A stretch of DNA of 62,596 nt, the filler included, from Rhabdomonas costata (Eukaryota), in the NCBI GenBank assembly GCA_019059605.1. It is 43 parts of 43 records of this genome, joined end to end, with 100 filler letters (N's around TTAATTAATTAA, not from the genome) between each part and the next. Parts side by side here need not be neighbours in the genome. Positions count along the whole stretch, not along the records: positions 1 to 1,378 come from JAHMHO010018317.1; positions 1,479 to 2,836 come from JAHMHO010018318.1; positions 2,937 to 4,294 come from JAHMHO010018319.1; positions 4,395 to 5,752 come from JAHMHO010018320.1; positions 5,853 to 7,210 come from JAHMHO010018321.1; positions 7,311 to 8,668 come from JAHMHO010018322.1; positions 8,769 to 10,125 come from JAHMHO010018323.1; positions 10,226 to 11,591 come from JAHMHO010018324.1; 35 more parts are not named here. One strand, written 5' to 3'. Positions 1 through 12,200 of this stretch are shown piece by piece. A program made the translations under genes and the position numbers. The notes under the pieces are model-generated. The model was not told where the DNA came from. It saw nothing but the letters and a program-made list of their open reading frames with translations, and ran no database searches. Each line of letters starts with the position of its first letter. Position 1 is the first letter of the stretch.

Positions 1-464
1 TGTGTTGGGTGTGGGTGGTTGTGTTGGTTCCGCGTATTCTGCTGCCTTTCCAAAATTAGTTTGTGGGGGAGGGGGGGTAGGAAGAGCCACCAGGGGCTCG
101 AGAAACCAGTTGAGGTTGAATCCCAAAAAAAACATTTCAAAAAGTGTACAGTAAAAGTACCCAGCCCACAAAAAAAATGACCCGTTCGCAAAGAAACAAT
201 GCCAATGAAGAAAGAAGACAACGAAGAAGGAATTCTATTTCAACAACTGTCCCTAAGTCAAAGAACAAAACAAAGGATACACCGTGTCCACCGCGCAACA
301 AGCCCATCTACTTAAAAAAAACCTGCAGCTGTCTTGCAGCAACTTAACCAAAAAAAAACATACACAGTATTTCTGCGGAGGGAGGGAGGGGGTACTGTTA
401 GCCCCGAAGCGATCAGCGATAACAATTTCCTCAAGTAAAGAGACAGGGAGTACCGAATCCACTT

Positions 465-1138
465 GACCGGGGCACCCAGCGTGGAAGTCGCCGTGACGTC
501 AAAGGTGACCGAGGTGTTGACGAGGTAGACCTCAATATAGCGGGTATCGGCCGCCTGGCCGGAGACGGGCAACGGAGTGGTATACCCTGAGAGCAGCAAA
601 AGGCATTGACCAAGAGAGCAGCCCAATGGCCCGGCAGCTTGGGCAGCCTCACTTAATAAGATAATTCTGAGTTGAGCAGTCACATGTAGCAGCTGAAGAC
701 CGAGCAAGTTTGATTCCACTACTTTGGCATTCTACTCCCAGTTTTCAATGTCTTCAAGTACGGCACAAACAACAGCACAGAAGCGAAAGGGAGACATGGG
801 AAGGGAACTGCAGTTCGGCAGGGGAAAGGGGCTCAGGTCCAACGCACATGAGTTTGGTTTTAAGTCCGTTGTCTGCGTCCCTGTTTGAGGGGACAGGGGC
901 AGAACACCTCTGGCAGGTTAAAGCGCAGTATGCAAGTGGGAAAGCAAAAAAAGGTTACGAAATAGTGCCAGGTGGCAGGGGGATATTGATTCAGATGCGA
1001 GCTTCAGCAGCGGGCAATTAAAGCACACAGTACCTCCCATGGTGGGGCGGGCGGCGGCTGGCTGATTGTACAGCAAAAAGTCAATGGCGGAGGTAGCGTT
1101 CTGACTATCCGTGACTATGATTTGGCAGCAGAAGTACC
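465..1138 (-). CDS. Two internal exons of an unknown beta-rich, possibly extracellular protein
   Basis: Exon ~1034-1138 (tag|...GGGAG|gtact; YFCCQIIVTDSQNATSAIDFLLYNQPAAARPTMG) joins in phase to an exon from 587 (cag|; GYTTPLPVSGQAADTRYIEVYLVNTSVTFDVTATSTLGAPV). Confidence 0.5.
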
Positions 1139-1199
1139 TATGCAGAAAGAATGAGGGGAAAGTGGGTCAAACCCGTCCAGTCACTGCGACAATCAGAAG

Positions 1200-1201
<2 letters not shown>

Positions 1202-1240
<39 letters not shown>
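1202..1240. repeat. (GT)n microsatellite
   Basis: Direct reading. Confidence 0.95.
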
Positions 1241-1241
<1 letters not shown>

Positions 1242-1378
1242 CTCGTCACAATGGTAACCAAGTTGCAGTTCTGAGAATTGCACAGGAGTTTCACTGGACG
1301 AGTTTTTAACTTTCATTAATACATGGTAACCACAGCGACCCCTCTCCGTGCACAAACTAATTAAGTAAACAAACAAAC

Positions 1379-1478
1379 NNNNNNNNNNNNNNNNNNNNNN
1401 NNNNNNNNNNNNNNNNNNNNNNTTAATTAATTAANNNNNNNNNNNNNNNNNNNNNNNNNNNNNNNNNNNNNNNNNNNN
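1379..1478. other. Artificial contig spacer (44 N + TTAATTAATTAA + 44 N); recurs about every 1.46 kb through the window
   Basis: Identical linker with stop codons in all six frames, flanked by N runs; contigs are nearly equal in length, consistent with length-sorted concatenation. Confidence 0.99.
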
Positions 1479-2936
1479 GTTGTGTTGGAGGAATAAGGGG
1501 AGTACTGATGCTGGCACCGGCATGGTCCAGAACGCTCAGACTCCCCTTATTCCTCCAACAGAGGGAAAATTCAAAGCCTCAGTGCCGCGGCTGCTGAACT
1601 TCCGCTCCGCAGAAAGAGCGATGCCTTGAGGTGCATTGTTTCTTCCCATACTGCTGTGGTTCTTAGAGTCCCGCTGCTCGTGATCCCTACGGGGAGATGG
1701 CGCCGACGGACGCCTTTCGGAAGAGTCACCACTTTGTCAAGGTGCAGAGCACCATGCAGATGCCCCGGATGCACCGCGAGCTGGCCCACAGCCCTCTGAG
1801 ATCCCCGGTGTGTGTGTGTGTGGGGGGGGTGCAAGCCTTTGTGCACTTTGTGCTGTCGTGTTAAATGCATGCAATTTCTGCCCCAGTGGGACCGTGGAAA
1901 TGCGGTGGTAGCTTCCTTTTGATGTGGCTTGGAATGCCCAGCTTTTTCCTCGATTTCCTCCGTTCAGTGGATAGGAACTGAGTTATTTCATGAATGTTTT
2001 TGACTCCTGGCATGGGTTGTGATGAACTGAAACGAATGACAATCTAAGCATTCCCCCCCTCTTGGACAGGTGGGATCTGGGTCGTTTGTGTCTCTCCCCC
2101 AGATTTGCAATCCAGAAACCGAGTATTTTAGTGTTCAAGAAAAAAGTTGACCCCCAGCGCTCTCGTTGTGGTTGTAAGAACCATTTATAGATGATATAGC
2201 GCTCATTATTGTGTTTGTATAACTGTGCAAATATATTTGACCTGAGCACCTAGGATCTTGGGCCGCGTGACCCAAGACATCCTGAAAAAGAAGGGGAACG
2301 TTCATCTCTCTCCAATGGAAACGGAAACGATATTCTGTCAGAAGCCCAGGGGAAACCATCCTTCTCCTCCATAAAAACGTTATAACGGCAGTTCTCGTAT
2401 CAATTGCCTTTCCGCCAACTAGCTTTCTCTTTCTACGTTTACTCTCCTCATCTCTCGGACCCATCAGCTCTTCTCTTGCACTCTCCCGCCATGGTTTCTT
2501 TGATCTCCTAATGTGCAAGAAACCTGCAAGTCCTAGATCAGGTGTGGTCGCTGGTTGCTCTTGGTTTCGATTGTTAAATTTTTAAAACGTTCCAACGATC
2601 GTTATAAAAATTCATCCTTTATATCGATCACCTTATATTTCAAACTTATTTCTGATGTTTAAAAGGTCATTATATCGCGATGGTATTTTATTTCGCGAAC
2701 TATATACTTTGGCATGACAGGGTCAAAACGCGAACACTTCTCCATTTAATAGCGATTTGGAGGGTATAGAAGTTTGAGCACTTTTCTGCAGTAATACCAT
2801 CGAGTGCGTAGCAAAATGCTCAAACTTCTATACCCCNNNNNNNNNNNNNNNNNNNNNNNNNNNNNNNNNNNNNNNNNNNNTTAATTAATTAANNNNNNNN
2901 NNNNNNNNNNNNNNNNNNNNNNNNNNNNNNNNNNNN

Positions 2937-4294
2937 TTGTTTTTTTCACCCCGAAAACCCCATTTTCGACATTGGTGAAGGGACTTCGGTGGTCCTCGTC
3001 GCTTATCGCCCGATGGTTTGCACCTACTCCTGGACCCCTCCCCCGGTTTGGTGGTGCTTGAAAATGCCTCCCGTTACCCTTTGGGTACCATATTTTTCTC
3101 TCGCCCATGGGGTCGAAATTCCCCCAATCTTCGGTCAAAAGTTGGCCAATGGGGGTCAAGATGGTTGAATCGAAGATCCAAACCGTGTTTTTCGCGTTCC
3201 CCGACCCCGAAAATGGGGGGATTGGTCACTTTTTCTGAGCTGGACTCGAAGTGTACTCCGTTTTGCAACCCAAAAAACACGTTTTTTTTAGTGTTTTTGA
3301 GAAAAAGTTCGATAAGTCGACGGAAGGGGGCTGACCGGGCCAAAATTTTTCGCCAGTGATACCACCTAGCCTTCGATTCGGCGGTCCGGACCACCTCCAT
3401 TGGATGGCTTCATACCACGAACCTGGGGGTAGAACTAAACACCTCCCCCTGAGGCTTCGACAACGTCGCGCTAAAAAAGGCTCCACGTAAAAACGGCACA
3501 CACGGTCACCCACCCACTCACACACACACACACAAGTAAGGGCGCTGCGCGCAGCCCTAATGGGTCCCGAAATGAAACGAAGAGGTTTACCATGTTCATT
3601 TTCGATTCTTTGACGTTAAATGGTGTCTATTCGTCTCTGAACACCGCAGAAGGACCCCGTGGTTTACACCTACTCCGCGGAGGGGGAAGCCCTCCCCCGA
3701 CCCCTCCCCCCGGTTTCGCCGCATTGGTCCTGGTTATCAGAGGCTCGTATGGCTGGAAATAACCCCACGCTACCTTCACCCTACCGTTGGGACACTTTCT
3801 AAAGGTGGTCGAAGTTCCCTCATTTTCACCTTTTCGACGCCAAAAAAGCCCCTTTTTCAAGGCTTTTTGCCCTAAAATCCGGCCCCCGCACCTCAAAAAA
3901 CCCTCAAATCCTCATAAAAACGCGCTTTTCGGAACCCCGACCTCAGAAACGTCATGTTGGGTCGATTTCCGGAGGGTCGATTTTTTCACCTCGGACTACT
4001 TCGTTTTATAGTCCAAAAACGCGATTTTTGGCGTTTTTTGCGGAAAAAAAAATCGGCAGTGTCCGCGGGCCCAAAATTGGAATTTTTCATGAGGGGGTAT
4101 TAGGTTCGAAAAATTAAAATTATAAAAAAAATATTATTTGAATTTTTGCCCCGGAATTTTTCCATCGGATAGCCCACCCCCACAAACCTGGGGCTTGAAG
4201 GCCCTACGGAGGCTTGAAATGCTGACTACTTCGCGCAAAAGAAAAAGCTCAGAAAAAGTCTAAGACATACACACACACACACACACACAACAAC
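2937..4294 (+). mobile_element. Two diverged tandem copies of an A/T-tract-rich non-coding element, Helentron/HINE-like
   Basis: Blocks repeated in the same order: ggtttRcacctactcc (3015, 3661), gacccctccccc(c)ggttt (3033, 3699), tccatYggat...aacctgggg (3396, 4161), each copy then ending in (CA)n; hairpin agggcgctgcgcgcagccct at 3539-3558. Confidence 0.5.
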
Positions 4295-4771
4295 NNNNNN
4301 NNNNNNNNNNNNNNNNNNNNNNNNNNNNNNNNNNNNNNTTAATTAATTAANNNNNNNNNNNNNNNNNNNNNNNNNNNNNNNNNNNNNNNNNNNNATAGGG
4401 ATCGGCCAGCGCGACTCCCACAAGAGGGACGTAAGTGTCAAGACCTCCGATCAACTGCAACGAAAGTATCCGATGAAAAAGAAAAAAAGAAGTGCTTCAA
4501 CGTACCTAAAACTACAGGGCAGGTGGGCAACCTTCCTGCCCGGATTCTGCTCATTTAAACCACACGAAGACATCACAAAAAGGAAGAAATGGCCTGTCTG
4601 AACCTGGCCGATCAAAAAGCACACACAAAAAAGAGCCAAGGCAAAAAAACCCAGAAACGGAACAACTTGGTTTTTGAAGAAAACGGGCCAAACATATAGC
4701 GAGGGCTGCCCAAAAAAACGGAGTTTTGCGGTGTACACGCGCAAAGCAGCATTGAAGCGGATCCGTCCCGT

Positions 4772-5215
4772 TTAGGTCCACGGGGGCAGGATCCGGGGCA
4801 TCGGATGCTGTGGTGCGGGGACGTGCACCACGCGCCATCCCAGGGCAATCGCCTCGGGGGAGAGGTCGAAGTCCTCCGTGTTCGGCCCCAGCAGGGCCAC
4901 CGTCCACCCGTTCGGATCGCCGGCCCCCAAGACGTCGTCACCGGTGCATAGATGCAGCTTCACTGTGTACCTTTTGTGAGCATATGCCACAAATCCATCC
5001 AAAGCTCTCCATCCTCAGAGCAGTCAATCGCCGCCTCTAGTGGACTAAAGGACAGCGGCTTCCAGCGCATCTCTGTAACAGGTATGAGGCTTACGCGCTG
5101 CACCATCCATCACAAACCACGGTACGCGGTACGCGGGGTTCGGAGCGGATCGCCCGATGGGCTCATGCCCGATTCGAGGAGTGGCATTTGCACGAGCCTC
5201 CGGGGTCGGTGCTGG
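4772..5215 (-). CDS. 3' exons of an unknown protein
   Basis: GC-rich coding-like frames ...RVPWFVMDGAA|gtaag and ...GDDVLGAGDPNGWTVALLGPNTEDFDLSPEAIALGWRVVHVPAPQHPMPRILPPWT*; exact splicing unresolved. Confidence 0.4.
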
Positions 5216-6223
5216 ACTGGAGCACCTGGAACGTCACATTCAGGATGTGAGAGGCTTGGAAGGCTTTAATTCAGGTCCATTCGGGCTTTTCTCATTGATT
5301 CTTTCCCCCTCATTGTACTTTAGTCCATTTCAGTGAGCTTCACCAGCGAAAAGTCCAAACCTGGGTTACGGTTGGGCAACTGTTTCAAAGCTCGGATGAC
5401 TGAAAGCTTCGCGCTGAACCGCTAAACTTTTTGTTTGCAGGTGTTAAGTGTCTTCGAGTTGGGCAGTTGCCTTCCTTCACTCACTGGCTTCACACACACA
5501 CCACACTTCAAATTCGCACCTGCCCATGCCTCCGTACAACACCACATCCACGCAGCCCCGCTCGTCAACGTCCAGCTTGTGCTTCCCAAACGTTAGCCGC
5601 CGCCTCTCGTCGCGCCGCCCCGTGGGCCACTCCGTGAGCGACCAGAACCGCCCGTTCAGGCTGGCGGTGTACCGCGTCCCAGGTACCACGAAGAGGGCCG
5701 CGCTGGTGTCTGGGCGGCGCGGGCGGGGGCGCTGCGCTACCCACCCAACAACNNNNNNNNNNNNNNNNNNNNNNNNNNNNNNNNNNNNNNNNNNNNTTAA
5801 TTAATTAANNNNNNNNNNNNNNNNNNNNNNNNNNNNNNNNNNNNNNNNNNNNGTGGTGGGTGTGTTTGGGGGTGGGGGTGCAGAGCCTGGATACCGTGGC
5901 GACGGCTTGCCCGCGAAAGGTTCAGCAGGCAATAGGGGACTGCCAGACAGCAGAGAAGCAGAATTTTCTGGACGGTATTGGGATGCGGATCTACAGGATC
6001 GGTTATAACCTTCTGCAACCACTCGCCTCCTGAAGTCCCTTGGAGCCCTTTAGACCTTTTCTTTTCCCCTTTGATGACCAGCGAAACTTTTGCACTTTTC
6101 GCCTCCCCTCCCCTCTCCCCTCTTTGCTTCACCGAAAAAAGTTCCATTACGGAAGGGTGGCATTGGGGAGGGGTAGTGATGTGGGGGATTGTACTGCTGC
6201 TTGGTCAGATTGTTTATCTGCAG

Positions 6224-7210
6224 GAGCTCTGCCCTACCGATGCCCGCACTCTCTCCAACCGCTCTGCGGCTTTTCTTCGGTTGGAGCGCTTTGCGGATGC
6301 CCTTGCAGACGCGGTCTCGGCACGGCGCCTGCGTCCAGGGTGGCCAAAGCCTCACTTGCGCGCTGGGCAGGTTTGCGATTTTGCAAAACAATTCTCTGTT
6401 CCCATCATAATAATCTGCGCTTGTTGTGGGTTGTGTGTTAGATCGCCACCTTATCTAGGGCAGGACGGTCGTCACGGAAACAGATACGATGTTTCTCACT
6501 CTCTTTTGACTCACTCATGGAGGCTCCTGTCTTCACGGTCGTTAAGCTTGACAAATCAGAATTTTCAGAGAAGCGCGTTTGCCAGCGGACGTTCAGGTAA
6601 AGTCTGTTGCAAAAATAGTGCCCTCCCCCTATCTCTTTCGCTGTCTGCACCCAGGCCCATTCCGCTCTTGGGGAGCACGAGGAGGCCCTGGCGTGCTTCG
6701 ATGCGGCGCTGGGCCTTGAGCCTGCCAACCCCTTCCTGAAGCAGCTTCGCTCCCAGGCTCGTGCCAAGGCACTCTACTCCTCGCTTTGCAGGTGCCTTCC
6801 AGTGGAGGTACGACTTCCTCCGCTCGCGCGAACCGCACCTGGCAAGGGTCATCTTCGCCCATCGACCTGCGAACAAAGTTCAACTCGCTTACACTTGCCG
6901 CACCACCATTTATCAGGCGGAACCACCGAATCACCCAAAAAGTGTCAATCAGCCTTTTTTCAGGGAGCCTTTACTTCTGGACACTGCGGCACTTCGTGGA
7001 CTGGTACTGCAGCTTCCAATTGTTCTTTCAGGTTCAGCAGCTTCCGTGTTACGGGGCTGGGCTGGTCGCGAGGTCTGCCCTTCTCCCTGGGACTGAAATA
7101 TTCCGTGACTCTCCTCTGCTGAGTGTGGCGTCCTTGGATAGTGAACACGTGGCCAGCTGTGGGGCGTGCCTCCGATCTCTGGTGCAGCCTTCGGGGCTGC
7201 CCTTTCCAGC
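6224..7210 (+). CDS. TPR + SET/MYND (SMYD-like) lysine methyltransferase, partial; exons 6224-6370, 6655-6807, 7032-7210
   Basis: TPR helices (TLSNRSAAFLRLERFADALADA...WPKPHLRAGQ|AHSALGEHEEALACFDAALGLEPAN), then SET start (PVE|VQQLPCYGAGLVARSALLPGTEIFRDSPLL) and CGAC; GT-AG introns in phase. Confidence 0.8.
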
Positions 7211-8111
7211 NNNNNNNNNNNNNNNNNNNNNNNNNNNNNNNNNNNNNNNNNNNNTTAATTAATTAANNNNNNNNNNNNNNNNNNNNNNNNNNNNNNNNNN
7301 NNNNNNNNNNGGGGCATTACAAAAAGAAGTACCGGAGTTTGGAAAAGATTCCGATGACTAAAAAAGCCCTGACTGCACATGGCAGCGGGGGAAGAGTGCC
7401 GATGAGGGGTGCGCTTTTTTTTGCTGGGCACGGATGGTGGCAGTAAACTCAATTCAGCACAGAAGGTGACCTCCAGCAGTCTCAAGTTGTGACGGGGCCC
7501 CAGCTCCGGTCCCGCGGGTCAAAGTTTGGAAGCCCCTCCCCCCAGAGAACACACCAGCCCTCTCATTTCCAGCACAGGCCGAAAGAAGAGGACAGATACT
7601 GCTGGAAGAATCTCCCCATCACGCGAAAAAATTCGAGCTTACACAGCACGTAAGGGTTAGGGTGTGCGTTGGAAATCCGCGAAAATTCCTCCAACCGTGA
7701 AGGCCAGTTTCCTCTCCAACAGGTTCTCCGAACCAAAAAATCAAATTCCTCTGAATCTGTTCTGCCGTACAGCGCAGCCAAAAAGATTGCCACGGCCTCG
7801 GAAAAAGAAGTGCGAGCGGATTCTGTCCGACCCAGGCCAGTTGTGGGATCACCCCCTTGATTTGCGTTATCGAGGAGCAAGACCTATCCAAACTGTAAAG
7901 ACTCTGGAGCTGCGAACAGAGCTATATATATATAAGTCTATTGAGGTCCACCCGCAGGCGCCCTTGGGGTTGGAACCCTTGTCACCTCACCACTGCGTCA
8001 GTGTGCTGTGGCTTGCGAAAGAGAGTTAATATGTAATATTAACTGCTGTCAATGCATCTTTCCTGCGAAGCTCAAGAACAGCCAGAAAGTCACTGACAAC
8101 ACCAAAACAGG

Positions 8112-8362
8112 TTAACTCGCCACCAGCCGGGCAAAGGTCAGGAAGCCCGTGTGGCCCTTGTACTCCTTAATTGGCCGGGCACACCGAAGCTTGGGAGGCT
8201 TTTCTGCATTCAGACCACCCTGGCCAGGTTGAGAGAGGGGTGGCGAAAGCCCCCCACGGGTTTCCTTTGAAGGTTGGGAAGAAGGCTCCACACGCCTCCG
8301 CTTGGGGGGAGAAGGCACCTCTGGGTCAGCGTCTGCTTCATTCTGTGTGCCCGAAACCAACG
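8112..8362 (-). CDS. TRM61: Last exon of tRNA m1A58 methyltransferase catalytic subunit (Trm61/Gcd14)
   Basis: C-terminal signature ARPIKEYKGHTGFLTFARL* after a disordered insert with an NLS-like PPKRRR. Confidence 0.75.
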
Positions 8363-11300
8363 CTAGCTCATGGATGAATAGCGCGGAAAATGGCTTTCGG
8401 CCAAGCTGGGCGGCTTGTATAAGCAGAGAGACAGGGCCCGAACCACACCCACACAGCGCACGTCAAGCCCAACAATCTTGCTTTTGGCTGGTGTTTGCTC
8501 TGCAAATATGCATACCCACACACACACACAAACAAACATCGTCCATTTCAGATATTGATACCTTGATATCAATAAAAAATCTCATACAAAAGATCACCTG
8601 TTGAGACACTTGGGACGGTGTCAGTGTGGTATCAAACATGAACCCTCTTTCTGCCAGGCCACCAACACNNNNNNNNNNNNNNNNNNNNNNNNNNNNNNNN
8701 NNNNNNNNNNNNTTAATTAATTAANNNNNNNNNNNNNNNNNNNNNNNNNNNNNNNNNNNNNNNNNNNNGGTTTGGTTGTTGTGTGGGCGACGTTTGGTGC
8801 TTACAGCTATTTCGTAAGTCTGATTCCTGTGCTGATTATTTTCAGCAATGCGCTCAGCATCGTCCGCTTCCAACTCCTGAAAGAAGAAACACAGCAACAC
8901 CAAACGTCGCCCACACAACAACCGCTCAAATCCTTGTGAACACTAAAACCTCAATGATATCTGCAAGTCGACGACGTGTTCCAGTGGCCAAATCGGGAAC
9001 TCTCTCGAGATCATGACGAATAGAACGTCTTAGTTTTGAGTAGCTAGGATCCATTGTTTTATCAGAAAATGTGACAACTGAAGTCCATCTCGAAAGCCCA
9101 CTGTGAACATGAACACGGAAGACGGAAGAGATGTCCTGAGTCCGTCAATTGTTGTGATTCAAGCCGGTACAAATGGACTTCAGAATTCGAACCAAAATTT
9201 TCACAACATACTTCACTGTACCCTGTATTGAGTAAAAAATGGAGAATCACGACAAAAAATAAAACAAAAGAAAAGAAAAGAAATCAAAATAAGCGCTCCC
9301 TGCGGGTGGCCCACGCGTGTCGGCCGCGGTGGGGTTGGAGTCGTCCGGAGGGTGGCAGAAAGAGTGTCGCAGCCGCCAGAGAGCGGTGTGAGGTGAAAGT
9401 GGTGAACTCTGGGTTGAGCAGCTGGATGAGCTGATGTCTTACTGGAGTGACAGGCATTTCAACCCTGGCGAAGTGGTTGGGTCATCATCAGCAAGGCACC
9501 AACTCCGCCTGCCTACCTGCCCGCAGCCGCCAGAGAGAGAGAGAGAGAGACGAGTCGACTTGAGGCCTCGTCTCACTCGTCGAAGCGAGACGCAGCGACC
9601 GAGTAAATTATTCAGCCCAGGAATTCTGACGCACCCAGAGACTCAAACTGTGGATGTGAAACCACGGCTGAGAGGTAATCTGCCAACCAAAGAGCTTCCA
9701 GGCTGGATGCCAGGCTGGATGCCAGAGCTTGGGTGTTTGACCCCCTCTTCATCAAGGAACAGAGTACTGCCTCGGTGATCGCTGGCTCGCCAGCGGTCAA
9801 CCTGGGCCCTCCTAATGCACATGGGCTTTCTCAGCTCCCTCCTCCTTCCCCGAGAGACTCTTGCCCAGTGAGCGATTCTCTCGTCTTCACCCTCTTTCTG
9901 TGGAACAAACACCACAACTACCATAACCGGGCTTACACAGCGCTTAAGGCAGATAGCCTGCTTCGCCTGCTGTGAATAGTGTTCTAAAATTTTTTGCACT
10001 CGGGGTAGTGCCTCTTGCTGGGACACACAGTACTCCTAGGTCATCATTCCAGTCACCTCCATCCACGCCCGTCAACAAAACACATACACACAGAACTTGC
10101 CAGACAGAACCCCTACCAACAACACNNNNNNNNNNNNNNNNNNNNNNNNNNNNNNNNNNNNNNNNNNNNTTAATTAATTAANNNNNNNNNNNNNNNNNNN
10201 NNNNNNNNNNNNNNNNNNNNNNNNNTGTTGGGGGTTAAGGGTCCAGGGCCCAGTGATTCGCTGCGCCTCGGTAGTGCTGTTGAAGGTCCCAATAGAGTGG
10301 GTTTGGCGGAAGGGATTGGCACCGTGTGCGCGCGGGTATGCCTCAGGGTGATCCTGGGCCATACCTCCCCAGACATAATCTCATGGTAATGTGATGTGGC
10401 TCGATACTCTTGCTTGTTTGCTTGTGGTTAATCCTCGTATTCGCGGGAAACGACTGAAAACACCAGCCATCTGTGATGTTTTGCGGGGGGGAGGGGGAGG
10501 GGGCTGAGTGGAGTGGTCACAGAGGCCGACCAGCACCTTGATTTTGTTTCTAATGCGTTTTCATGGCTCTCTCCGTATTTGTCACCGAGCGATCGGCTAA
10601 CGCCCGTTTTGGACTTTGCTTTGTACATGAGACGGTCTTGATTTGACGGCAGATTCCAGCCATGCGGCATTTTCGTTACGCCTCACTTTCGGTTGTTCCT
10701 TTGATAGCAATGGTGTTAAGTTCCCCACTTTTCCCTCCATTCCGGGTGTGTGCTTCTTTCTATACGATTGCAGCTTCTTTTAGTTTGTTTTGTTGTTTTC
10801 TCTGCTTTGCTTTCGGCTTTGCGCATCCCCGTTACCGGACGGCTTTAAGAGATGGAGGATGCTATATCTGGGGGGGGTCACCCATTTCATTGTGTAGTTT
10901 GAGATGGTCTCCGTGGTAAAATGTGAGAGAACCATTGTTTGATTATGTCTGCGACCTTTGCTCGGTGATCGAAACGGACGGACGCAATACACCCTTCACC
11001 CCACCGCAGGTCGATAGTTTGGGAAAGCTTTGCCGAATCGGGCGAGCGATGCGCCTGCAAAATATTCCGGTTTTCCCTCTGCACTGCCCGACCCGAATGT
11101 GCCACTTAGCCTGCTCATATTCTTATATGTGAGTTCCGTTTCCTGCAAGGCAAGCTGCCTTGTCTGCCTTGGGCACGCAACAGAAAATAAACGGGAAGAC
11201 GTGAAGAAAAAGAGCCGGAGTTGGATGTGTTTCCCATTTCAGGAGAATATGCAGTATCTCCGCCTGCTGAGCGAGGTCATCGGTCCGCTTCTCGAAGCTA

Positions 11301-11691
11301 GGGTGCGTCTCCTACTTCTTTCAATCGTGTCGCGTTGGCCAACTTTGCAATTCAGCAACGACGAGGAGACAGACTGTTCATTGCAATGTGAGCGAACCTA
11401 TGCTTTGTTCACGTTGCCGTATTGAAGCAACGGAAGAGCGGAGGTTCACCCAAAGAAACCGGAGCGCTGAGCCACGGATGTGTCCCGGGGGGCCTGTCAC
11501 GCCGGATATGTATCATCAGAATGAGAAGCACCTATTCGTAACGATCACCACTGGTGGTGGTTGCCAGTGCCGTTGCACTCCCCACCCACACNNNNNNNNN
11601 NNNNNNNNNNNNNNNNNNNNNNNNNNNNNNNNNNNTTAATTAATTAANNNNNNNNNNNNNNNNNNNNNNNNNNNNNNNNNNNNNNNNNNNN

Positions 11692-12200
11692 AGGCCCAGC
11701 TATGGGTGGGACCCCTCCCCCCAGAAGTGTGGGCGGGGTGTACAGTGGTGCGGGTGTGGGACTGCGGCAGCAAGGCTAGATAGGGCCACTTGAAGACCCC
11801 CCCACACACACACACCAGCGTATGGACCATAGTGTACCAGGGTACCCCTATACCCGAAACCTCTCAAGGCCCCGTGGATCGTCTATGTGGGGGACCATGG
11901 GCGCGGAGTGTACAATGGTGCGGGTGTGGGGCTGTGGCAGCTGGGCTAAATAGGACCAACATAAGTCCCCCCATTTGTGGCCTGTAGGCCCTATGTGGCG
12001 GCCTATAGGCCGCTGGACCACAGTATACCGGGTACCCGTATATCCGAAATCTCTCAAGATCCCATGTGCTGGCTACGGGTGGGACCCCACACACAAGTGA
12101 GGGCGGGGTGTACACGTGTTTGGCTGTGGAGCTGTCCCACCCAAGCTAGACAGGGCCACCTGAAGGACCCATTTTGCATTGGGCCCGTGTAGGCCATACA
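11692..12200. repeat. About three diverged copies of a ~170-200 bp tandem repeat
   Basis: gtgtaca blocks at 11738, 11908 and 12108; gggtacccNtataYccgaaaYctctcaag at 11840 and 12030. Confidence 0.85.

Noticed and set aside
1423..1434. Regularly spaced TTAATTAATTAA palindrome, superficially like an array repeat
   Set aside because: Artificial six-frame stop linker inside N padding; not CRISPR and not biological.
3539..3548. agggcgctgc resembles kinetoplast minicircle CSB-1
   Set aside because: No CSB-2 or CSB-3 (GGGGTTGGTGTA) at the expected spacing; better explained as a hairpin.
6879..7088. Possible non-canonical intron joining RVIFAHRPANK to GTEIFRD
   Set aside because: A canonical GT-AG intron (6808-7031) gives a better SET N-terminus.
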